Source: an uncultured delta proteobacterium (GTDB lineage Bacteria; Desulfobacterota; Desulfuromonadia; Geobacterales; Geobacteraceae). From it: a stretch of DNA of 64,000 nucleotides. Positions 56,549 to 64,000 of this stretch are shown here, piece after piece. A model generated the notes under the pieces. The model saw only the letters and a program-made list of their open reading frames with translations, did not search any database and was not told the origin of the DNA. Numbering within the stretch: position 1 is the first letter of the stretch; each line of letters begins with the position of its first letter. Location of the stretch: positions 59,346 to 123,345 of the forward strand of contig CAWFFO010000003.1 in NCBI GenBank assembly GCA_963815135.1, given 5' to 3'. The position numbers and the translations under genes were made by a program.

Positions 56549-57239
56549 AGTGTTTCCTTTTTAATGGTTTGAGAAATCCTGAATCCGCTGACGGCCACTG
56601 AAAGAGGATTTGACACGAATAAAGTCAGACGCCTTATCGGCGCGGGACGACTGTCTTGTCGGGCCTGAACAACAAAAATTCTCATGCCTTTTCGCTTCCG
56701 CAAAAAGATCAATATTGAATTTTAGAGCGTTGTTCCGCGTGCTCCGAGGTCAGGTTTTCTTGGGATTAAGCGTGCAAGCCGCCGGGACAGCAATTGTACC
56801 GGAAGTGATTCGACAACAGCACGGTATGGCATATACATATCGTCGCCAACCGGATAAACTGCCGCATTTTCAAGGAATGACCGATAGCAGGGAGGGTTAG
56901 TGACTGATTTAGCGCAGCGGGATACCTTGGAGAAAATAAATAGGGTTACATCTGGCTCCACCCGCCGGGGCTTTGAATAGCCTAGACTGTCTTGTATACG
57001 TCAATAGTCAGCAGAATGCAAGTTTTTTTTGCCTACTGCACAAAATAAATTATTACTGAAAAATATAGAATGAATCAATGAAATATTAATTTTTTTTATT
57101 TGCTTTCAATAATTATTATGTTATAAACAGCTGACTAATATTGAATACATCTTATTTGTTATATCGAATCAGTTGGGAAACTCACCACAAACAGCCGTTA
57201 ATATCTTACTTACAGAGGTTTACAGGGTTGCATGATAAC

Positions 57240-57818
57240 ATGGCAAGACTTTATCTATTGTTGATTTTAATGATAATCAAGTTAATACTCCCCATTACAG
57301 CAACGGCGGAATTCTATAAATACACCGATAAGGATGGTGTTATCCACTTCCTTGACGACCCGGCAAAAATTCCCAGGCAATATTCCAAAAAGATCAAAAC
57401 TTATTTTGCAGGAGCTGGAAACGAAAATGGTAATGTAACCAAGGTCCGGATTATCGGCAACCAGGTATTGGTACCAGTAACCCTTGGATACGGAGACAGG
57501 CAGATACAGACAACGCTGGTTCTAGACACCGGGGCTTCAATGACCGCAATCGATTCGGATATGTTTAACGGAATGAATCTGGACGCAACCAAAACCCGTG
57601 CCATAAATGCGCGTGTCGCTGATGGGGGCGTGGTGACGGGCAGAGCGGTCAGGGTTGACTACATCGAAGTGGGATCCCACAGGCTTTCCGACGCATATAT
57701 CGCTTTAATACCCCATCAAGGCCCCAGGGAAAACCATGACGGACTGCTGGGGATGAATTTTCTCCGCAATTGCGAATATCGGATTGATTTTGATAACCAG
57801 CAGATCTACTGGAAATAG
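57240..57818 (+). CDS. Secreted retropepsin-like (clan AA) aspartic protease with a DUF4124-like N-terminal module
   Basis: Signal MARLYLLLILMIIKLILPITATA, then FYKYTDKDGVIHFLDDPAKIP, then the catalytic LVLDTGASMTAI (D-T-G). Confidence 0.65.
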   Translation: MARLYLLLILMIIKLILPITATAEFYKYTDKDGVIHFLDDPAKIPRQYSKKIKTYFAGAGNENGNVTKVRIIGNQVLVPVTLGYGDRQIQTTLVLDTGASMTAIDSDMFNGMNLDATKTRAINARVADGGVVTGRAVRVDYIEVGSHRLSDAYIALIPHQGPRENHDGLLGMNFLRNCEYRIDFDNQQIYWK

Positions 57819-57871
57819 CGGCCGGCAATAAATAACCTGGACGCCCATCCGCAAGAAAGAATCAAATCCGT

Positions 57872-58477
57872 TCAGCTTTTTCCCACATTTTCCAGCTCCG
57901 GTGGCTGTTTGTGAGCTTTGATGTAATCATCCAGCCTGCCTTCGCTTTCCTTCTTCTCAGCCCAATGCCGGACACCCTTTTCTCTGGTTTTTTCGAAACG
58001 CATTACCGGCACACTCAATCCGCAACTTGCCTCAACCGCATATATATCGAGACTGAAAATCTGACGCACAACCGCCGGATTGACATCCGAAAAGCTCTTC
58101 ATCAATGCTGTGAATTGCTGAGAGTCCTTTTCCACGATGCTGCCTTTACAGAAAAGGCGGAGCACTTTCGGTTCCTCTTCGAAAGAACAGAACATTACCG
58201 TTACTTCCCCCCCTGACGCGATATCACGCCCGGTCCGGTTGCTGCTTCCGGGAAAATCGAGGATAAGCATCGATTTTTCATCAGGGAAACGGAAGCAATC
58301 GTCCCCTTTCGGAGCCAGGTTTACCTCTTTACCGCATGCGCTGGCAATAAAAAAAGACATGCTGCCGGCCTGTAAACTCCACATCCTTTTCCGTGAGTTG
58401 TTTGTATTGTTTTCCCATAAATGCCTCACCTTCGGTGTTTTTACGCTATCAATCAACAAAAGAAACGATAATGTCAA
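57872..58477 (-). CDS. Pyridoxamine 5'-phosphate oxidase-family (split-barrel FMN-binding) protein
   Basis: FFIASACGKEVNLAPKGD....ILDFPGSSNRTGRDI..GGEVTVMF resembles the PNPOx-like fold family. The assignment is by pattern only. Confidence 0.55.
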   Translation of the reverse strand: MTLSFLLLIDSVKTPKVRHLWENNTNNSRKRMWSLQAGSMSFFIASACGKEVNLAPKGDDCFRFPDEKSMLILDFPGSSNRTGRDIASGGEVTVMFCSFEEEPKVLRLFCKGSIVEKDSQQFTALMKSFSDVNPAVVRQIFSLDIYAVEASCGLSVPVMRFEKTREKGVRHWAEKKESEGRLDDYIKAHKQPPELENVGKS

Positions 58478-58584
58478 CTATTAATTGCTTGAAAAATGCT
58501 TCCGATAACTTATCCTGAATATCACAAGATAACATTCAACATCCCGGTTTTCCTGGTTGCCGGAAAGGAAAGAGGATTCGGATC

Positions 58585-59403
58585 ATGGAAGAAAATGAAC
58601 GGCAATTCTCCGCAAAAAGGTGCGCCGGACTGATCCGGCATTCAACATCCATGGTTGCTCTGACCGGAGCGGGAATTTCGACTGCGGCAGGAATACCCGA
58701 TTTTCGCGGTCCGGGCGGATTGTATGCGACCCGACGCTACGACCCCGAGCTGGTTTTCAATATAGAGCACTTCCGCCGCGACCCTTCGATGTTTTACGAA
58801 TTCACCCGCGATTTCGCCGCCATGCTGAAGAACGTACGGCCCACCTTTACCCACCATTTCCTTTCCGACCTGGAGAAGAAAGGAATTCTCAAAACCGTCA
58901 TCACCCAGAATATCGACGCACTTCATCATTTCGCCGGATCGCGGAAGGTAATCGAACTCCACGGTTCGTACTGGTCTGCCGCCTGCACACAATGCGACGA
59001 GTATTCCATAGAAGGAAAACCGTATGAATGGTGGATGGAAGCCATACGTAACAGCCCTCGCTCACCGATAATTGTCTGTCCTCTATGCAGTGGCGTGGTC
59101 AAGCCTGACGTGGTTTTTTTCGGTGAAATGGTGCATGAATTCGAAGAAGCCGCGGATCTCGTTGCAGGATGTGATCTGCTCCTGGTTCTGGGCTCTTCAC
59201 TGGAAGTATACCCCGCCGCTCTCCTGCCGCAAATGACCGGTGCAAACGTCCTGCTTGTCAACAGGGGACAGGCAAAACTTTCTCCGGCTTCAAACCGTTT
59301 TTTCGCGGAAGCCGATCTCGATGAGTACTTCTCAGAGGTTGCCCGATATCTCGACTTGAGAATTTCGTCCGGCCACTTTCCGGACCCGGAACAAAGTCAT
59401 TGA
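58585..59403 (+). CDS. cobB: Sir2-family NAD-dependent protein deacylase
   Basis: GAGISTAAGIPDFRG, QNIDALH, the Zn-ribbon cysteines CTQC...CPLC, and VVFFGE. Confidence 0.9.
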   Translation: MEENERQFSAKRCAGLIRHSTSMVALTGAGISTAAGIPDFRGPGGLYATRRYDPELVFNIEHFRRDPSMFYEFTRDFAAMLKNVRPTFTHHFLSDLEKKGILKTVITQNIDALHHFAGSRKVIELHGSYWSAACTQCDEYSIEGKPYEWWMEAIRNSPRSPIIVCPLCSGVVKPDVVFFGEMVHEFEEAADLVAGCDLLLVLGSSLEVYPAALLPQMTGANVLLVNRGQAKLSPASNRFFAEADLDEYFSEVARYLDLRISSGHFPDPEQSH

Positions 59404-59425
59404 TTAGACATCTTGCTGTTGGATT

Positions 59426-60367
59426 TCAGCCAAACAGGACGATCAGCGCAAAACCCGACACCATCAGCACGGCGCCGGCAAAACGCTCCCTGATTGAATC
59501 CTCTTTCAGAAATGCCCAGGCAAGGGCAATGCTGAACATGACACTCAGTCTCTTCACCGTCGTGACATAGGTCACCTTTGCGATACTCATGGCAAAGGCC
59601 GCCGCAAAAACGGCGGTAACGAACAGCAAAGCCGGCAGCATGGCTTTCCTGACCGTGCCTTCCTTCAGGACCTCACCCCATCTGCCCCTGTACGTCCAGG
59701 CGGCCAGTGGAGACATGCCCAGGACAAGACACGTCCAATAGACAGCCATGTAATGCAATGGTGATGAAAGGGAAATAGCCTTTTTGGAAAGTGTCGCGGT
59801 AAACGAGAAGAGTAATGCGACCATACACATGTTTATCGCACCCCGCTCCCGGAACAGTGCCCTGAAAGGTTCCAGCATCCCTCTTTTCAAGGCGCCGGCA
59901 TTCAGGATGTAGGCGCCCGCGGCAACCATCAGCACCCCCACGCCTCCCGCGATGCCGATTCTCTCCCCTATCAGCAGGAAAGGTACAACCAACATGAATA
60001 CCGGCGAAAGAGAAAGAAGCGGTGCAACGATGCTGAGCGGGGACAGCCTGAGGGCCTGCATGTACAGGATCTGGGCAAGGATTTCCAACGGCAGGGCGGT
60101 GAATATGGCCTGGTAGAAACCGGGCGCGGGACGAGGGATGCCATAGAGAAAGTCGGCGATGTAAATCAACGGCAGGGGGATGGCGAATAACAGCAGGGTA
60201 AATAGCATGGAATTGTTTTTCGTCAGGGCCCTCTTCGCCGAGAAATCCCGCACCGAGTCTCCAATTGCCGAGAGAAGCGCTATGTAAATCCACAGCTTCC
60301 CCAATTCATTCCACCCATTCCAGTATTTTTTCCCTGATATCCTCCCAGCGGATTCCGAATCTCCCAA
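59426..60367 (-). CDS. EamA/DMT-superfamily transporter
   Basis: About 10 TM with two EamA repeats. The annotated ATG 60367 overlaps the rtcR 3' end by 60 nt, so TTG 60304 is a plausible alternative start. Confidence 0.75.
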   Translation of the reverse strand: MGDSESAGRISGKKYWNGWNELGKLWIYIALLSAIGDSVRDFSAKRALTKNNSMLFTLLLFAIPLPLIYIADFLYGIPRPAPGFYQAIFTALPLEILAQILYMQALRLSPLSIVAPLLSLSPVFMLVVPFLLIGERIGIAGGVGVLMVAAGAYILNAGALKRGMLEPFRALFRERGAINMCMVALLFSFTATLSKKAISLSSPLHYMAVYWTCLVLGMSPLAAWTYRGRWGEVLKEGTVRKAMLPALLFVTAVFAAAFAMSIAKVTYVTTVKRLSVMFSIALAWAFLKEDSIRERFAGAVLMVSGFALIVLFG

Positions 60368-61918
60368 GGTACTTCCTCAAGCGGTCGGCGTCATTTACCG
60401 ATTTCCTTTCGTCCCGCGAAATATGGAACAGCGTCCTGCCTGCATCGGACAGGCTTCGCGAATTCCGGCATACACGCAGGACACCGTCCAGCTGCAATTT
60501 GTCGAACCTGTCCAATTTTCCGATGGCCTCCCCTCCAAGGACCGACCGGAGAACAGCCTCATGATCGGACTGGCTGGTCCCGGACCATTCACGGCGAAGG
60601 CGGACTATCTCCTCCTCGACCACGGCCCTGGTGATGCGCCCTCCCGGGGCGAGTGTAGCCATCCGGGTCACCGCCCCGCCCAGGTCACGGAAATTCGCCG
60701 TCCAAAAAGCATCGCCGGAGACAGCGAAGCTCAGGAAACATCTGCGAGCCTCGCTGTTGAAGGTAACACGCATCCCACTGCGTTCGCAGAAGCGGTCCAT
60801 CTCATAATCCAGGTTGGGCTCGATATCTTCCGGCCGTTCACGGAGCCCTGGAAGTTCGAAGGTCCAGAGATTGATACGGGCAAGCAGGTCCTCGCGGAAC
60901 AGCCCCTCCGTACATCGTCCCGGAGATCGTGGTTCGTGCCGCACAGCAGCTGGAAGTCGCTGGCCGTTTCATGGTCGGCCCCCACCGGGAGGAAGGTTTT
61001 TTCCTCGATCGCCCGCAGGAGCATTGCCTGCTCGTCACGCCCCAGTTCTCCCACTTCATCAAGAAACAGCATGCCGCCGTCGGCGGAGCGGAGCAGCCCG
61101 TGGCGGTCCTGAGAGCGCCGGTAAAAGCCCCGCGCTTGTGCCCGAACAGTGCCGACATGGCGGCGTCGCCTCTCAGTGTGGCGCAGTTCACCTCCACGAA
61201 ATTCCCCTCGAGCCGATGCCGGGCCTTTTTTAGCTCAAAATGCGGCGGGCCAGCCGGGATTTGCCCGCGCCGGTGGGGCCGGTAAGTAGAATCGGATCGC
61301 GGAGCTAGTCGCGCCACGCTTTCGATCTGCTCAATGAGCTGGTTGAAACTGGAATTGCGCGTATCGATCCCGGATTTCAGGAACGAGATATCGTCGCCCC
61401 TTTCCTCGTTGAAGCGAGTGGCAATCCGGTCGTATTTCGAAAGGTCGAGATCGATAATCGAGTATTCGCCGGCGACCTTGTGTTCCATCCTTCCGCGAAG
61501 GCCGGGTCTGGATGAGCCTGTGCGGGCAAGGCGCCGGGATTCGGTCAGGAGGAACAGGCATATCTGGGCCACGTGGGTGCCGGTGGTTATATGGACCAGG
61601 TAATCTTCATTGTCCGGATCAAACGGGAATTGCCGGGAAAAATCATGCAATGCGCCGTAGACCTCCTGAAAATCCCAGGGGTCATCGAATTCTATTTCAT
61701 GCGGAATAACCTCGGTCTCGGGAGAGACATGCCGAATATCTTCTGTTATCTGTGCTCGAGCCGGCTGTGTTTTTTCTGGTAGAGGAGCACAAAGCTTGAT
61801 CAAAAAGGTCTTCGTGCTGGCAGACGGCAACAGTAGGACGCCAGCGCTCCCATCTCTTGCGCCCGCTACCCTGGTCCAGGACCGGTCCCAGCAGACCGAA
61901 AACAACCATATGTTTCAT
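60306..61918 (-). pseudogene. rtcR: Sigma-54-dependent activator RtcR (CARF-like N-domain, AAA+, HTH), with the reading frame broken 7 times
   Basis: The gene can be reconstructed collinearly with E. coli RtcR. Segments include MKHMVVFGLLGPVLDQG..RWERWRPTVAVCQHEDL, SPETEV, DPWDFQEVYGALHDF, YLVHITTGTHVAQICLFLL, RLIQTRPSRK, IIDLDLSKY, SFLKSGIDTRN, DPILLTGPTGAGKSRLARRIL, FVEVNCATLRGD, GAFTGA, GMLFLDEVGELG, FREDLLARINLWTFELPGL and SVNDADRLRKYL. The pieces are spread over ORFs 61697-61918, 60838-61905, 61331-61561, 60731-61072 and 60306-60944. Confidence 0.85.
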
Positions 61919-61948
61919 AAAACATCCTCTATTAATTTATAAATTTGG

Positions 61949-61977
61949 ATAGTAATAACTCCTCGGTCGATTGTCAA
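61949..61977 (-). promoter_or_regulatory. Putative sigma-70 promoter of rtcR
   Basis: Minus strand reads TTGACA (61977-61972), a 17-nt spacer, then TACTAT (61954-61949). A GAGGA RBS precedes ATG 61918. Confidence 0.45.
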
Positions 61978-62051
61978 GAAATCGGGCTACTAACAGGTTG
62001 AAATTCTAAATGCGCAATAATATCAGCATGTTACAATATTATCGAAAATGC

Positions 62052-62067
62052 TGGCACGGCGATTGAA
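62052..62067 (+). promoter_or_regulatory. Sigma-54 (-24/-12)-type promoter element, divergent from rtcR
   Basis: The sequence is TGGCAC-GGCGA-TTGA. The -24 is perfect, while the -12 is TTGA rather than TTGC. It is in the position expected for an RtcR-activated operon. Confidence 0.55.
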
Positions 62068-62168
62068 ATACAAAAGACGTCAGATGTCGCCGGGCCGGCG
62101 GCGCATTTCCCCGTTGCATTGAAACACGGCAAAAGTTCGAGCGATTGGGTAATGGGTTCCGTAACGGG

Positions 62169-62260
62169 TTCTGACCGGGAAATACGGCGACCTGGTTAGC
62201 TCAATGGGTAGAGCAGCGTACCGGAATACGCGAGTAGCAGGTTCGAGTCCTGCACCAGAA
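62169..62260 (+). ncRNA. tRNA-like module (not a decodable tRNA) inside the structured leader of the rtc operon; a candidate YrlA/Y-RNA-like tRNA mimic
   Basis: D arm GCTC-AATGGGTA-GAGC (62199-62214). Stem GCGTA/TACGC with a 6-nt loop CCGGAA (62216-62231). 5-nt variable region. T arm GCAGG-TTCGAGT-CCTGC (62237-62253). The 3' acceptor strand is ACCAGAA (62254-62260). The 5' acceptor strand is split, TTCT(G) at 62169-62173 and (G)GT at 62194-62196, around a 21-nt insert. There is no CCA. Confidence 0.6.
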
Positions 62261-62635
62261 GGGTTGACCAACCCTCTTGACCGCGAAAGCGGCAAGACAC
62301 GCGGCCGGAGGGGAAACGGCCGTTCATGCCCGACCTCTTCCATCGATCCGAACGCACAACGTCGGGAAACCTCGACAGGCCGGACCGGATACGGGAGGGC
62401 GGGAAACCATAAACAGTGCCATGCAGCGTGCGCATCGTTTTCCGGATAGCGGACACAGGCAGCCCTTTACGTCGGCGGGGATTGTCTTCGTTAAAGGGCC
62501 TTCGAAATGCGGTTGAAGGGAAACCCGGACATGCCTCCGCAGTTGTTCGTGCGGCGGAGGACCGCTGCTCCCCCGAAGGCTTCAACCGGTCACAATTTTA
62601 CGGAAAAATGAATTTTTGGTAAAAGGAGGAGAATC

Positions 62636-63741
62636 ATGTTAATCGTCAAAAAAATAAAAGTCCATTCCCACGAAAAGGGATTTTATTTAAAGACGGGGAG
62701 TTTAAGGGCATACTGGGAACGGGCCGGCATCTGTTTGCCGATCCGCTGCGCAAGATTCGCGTGGATGTGGTGTCCCAGCGCGAGCCGTGGCTGACTCACC
62801 GGGACCTCGATCTGATCGTCAGGTCGGGACTTCTGGAAAAGGATGCCGCAATGCTTGATCTCAAGGACCATCAACGGGGACTTGTCTGGATCGACGGGCG
62901 TTTCGCGCGGGTCCTGGGACCGGGGCTGTATGTCCTGTGGACGAAATTCCGGGACATACGCACCGAAGTGGTTGATGCGCGATCCGTCAGTTTCGAACAC
63001 AAAGAGATGTTTACGATTCTCGGCTCGCCCGGAGCGGAGAAATTTCTCGACACATTCACCGTCGAGGAAGGGTTCGCCGGGATCTTTTTCCGGGAAGGGG
63101 AATACATTCAGACATTCGGTCCAGGCCGCTTCACGTTCTGGAAAGACATGGGCAAGATCCGCCTGCATCCGGTGGATATGCGTGAAACTATACTCGACAT
63201 CTCCGGGCAGGAGATCCTGACCGCCGACAAGGTGACGATCCGTCTCAATGCGGCCATAACCGGCAGGGTAACTGACGCGCGCAAAGCGGTATGCGGGGTG
63301 GAGAATTTCACCCAGGCCCTTTACCGTGAAGCACAACTGGTAATCCGGGACATCGTGGGATCACTCAACCTGGATTCACTGCTGTCCGACAGGAACAGCC
63401 TGACCCGGGACGTGGAGGAAACCCTTCGCAGGCGGGCCGCGGCGTTCGGTGTGCATGTCGTTTCAGCGGGAGTCCGCGACCTGATTCTGCCGGGGGACAT
63501 GAAAGAACTCCTCAACAAGGTAATCCAGGCGCAGAAGGCCTCCGAGGCAAACCTGATCGTGCGGCGGGAGGAAACGGCCGCCATGCGCAGCCAGGCCAAC
63601 ACGGCAAAGCTGCTGGAGAACAACCCGACACTCATGCGGCTCCGCGAACTGGAAGTACTGGAAAAAATCGCTTCCAGCTCGGAACTGAAGGTGGTGCTTG
63701 GAGAAAAGGGGCTGACCGAAAGGATCATTACCCTGCTCTGA
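62636..63741 (+). pseudogene. SPFH/Band-7 (slipin-like) domain protein with one frameshift in the first 20 codons
   Basis: ATG 62636 follows AAAAGGAGGAG and gives MLIVKKIKVHSHEKG. The protein continues as ILFKDGEFKGILGTGRHLFADPLRKIRVDVVSQREPWL... in the 62761 frame. The junction is at 62676-62685 (a G3/T4 run). The SPFH core is QEILTADKVTIRLNA...RDLILPGDMKELLNKVIQAQKASEAN. Confidence 0.8.
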
Positions 63742-63758
63742 ACAGTGAATTGATATGA

Positions 63759-64000
<242 letters not shown>

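Noticed and set aside
56950-57240. The AT-rich tract as a genomic-island or prophage boundary.
   Set aside because: There is no integrase, no transposase, no flanking direct repeats and no adjacent canonical tRNA. The flanking genes look like ordinary chromosomal genes.
58585-59403. The Sir2-domain gene as part of an anti-phage defence system.
   Set aside because: It has the canonical CobB-type deacylase layout: GAGIS, QNID and a Zn ribbon, about 270 aa, with no fused effector or sensor domain. Its neighbours are housekeeping-type genes, and nothing defence-like is adjacent.
62190-62260. A genuine tRNA gene, possibly tRNA-Arg-like because of CCG in the loop.
   Set aside because: The 'anticodon' loop has 6 nt and lacks U33. 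The contiguous acceptor helix has only 5 bp. There is no discriminator or CCA context. The caveat is that this region is indel-prone, so the call should be repeated after sequence polishing.
62080-62622. Five overlapping ORFs (65-129 aa, both strands) in the rtcR-SPFH intergenic region.
   Set aside because: The translations are Arg/Gly/Pro/Ser-rich, with no RBS and no recognisable domains, and they overlap each other. The region is better explained as GC-rich structured RNA.
62078-62640. A CsrA/RsmA-titrating sponge RNA, based on many GGA motifs, some in loops.
   Set aside because: I counted roughly 19 GGA triplets in about 560 nt. That is not clearly above what this G/A-rich composition predicts. 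Most lack the A(N)GGA loop context.

Overview
Dense chromosomal window with about 60 protein genes. There is no rRNA, no canonical tRNA, no CRISPR array and no transposase or integrase. Gene content suggests an anaerobic deltaproteobacterial-type (Desulfobacterota-like) genome. This is inference from the futalosine menaquinone genes, hybrid-cluster protein, haem-c sensor, 2-hydroxyacyl-CoA-dehydratase-type enzyme and GspN-containing T2SS.

Main blocks, in order:
- Kef-type antiporter, running off the left edge and absent from the ORF track.
- TPP riboswitch followed by thiS-thiG-thiE and a TIGR01212 radical SAM gene.
- Yellow/MRJP-like lipoprotein and a rubrerythrin-like gene.
- fsa-like aldolase plus a TPP enzyme.
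- Haem/HAMP sensor, membrane protein and HTH-Zn-ribbon trio.
- 1167-aa GH13 enzyme.
- MoaD/ThiF-like pair, AEC transporter and elbB.
- dksA-like, rimO, yajQ and lolA.
- mcp-cheW-cheA.
- hsp20-lon-thiL.
- TPR lipoprotein, rlpA, mqnD and mqnB.
- Complete 12-gene type II secretion cluster, gspC to gspN.
- M48 peptidase.
- Dehydratase-like enzyme plus activase, convergent with hcp.
- OMP, SGNH hydrolase and DEAD-box helicase.
- Retropepsin-like protease, PNPOx-like protein, cobB and an EamA transporter.
- RtcR-controlled RNA-repair locus: rtcR, a sigma-54 promoter, a long structured RNA, an SPFH gene, and rtcA running off the right edge.

Most interesting signal: the roughly 550-nt GC-rich non-coding leader downstream of the sigma-54 element contains a near-complete tRNA cloverleaf. 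It has canonical D and T arms, but a 6-nt 'anticodon' loop, an interrupted acceptor strand and no CCA. It also carries a reiterated GGGAAAC heptamer. This fits a Y-RNA/YrlA-like tRNA mimic, or a new RNA, in an Rtc operon that carries an SPFH protein and no visible Ro60 gene.

Second theme: five genes are broken by frameshifts. These are lon (at least 6 junctions), rtcR (7), gspE (1), the AEC transporter (1) and the SPFH gene (1). Most junctions lie at short homopolymers, and none of the reconstructed frames contains an in-frame stop. This favours local assembly error over real decay, but cannot be decided from this sequence alone.

All coordinates and motif calls come from manual reading. No searches or folding programs were run.
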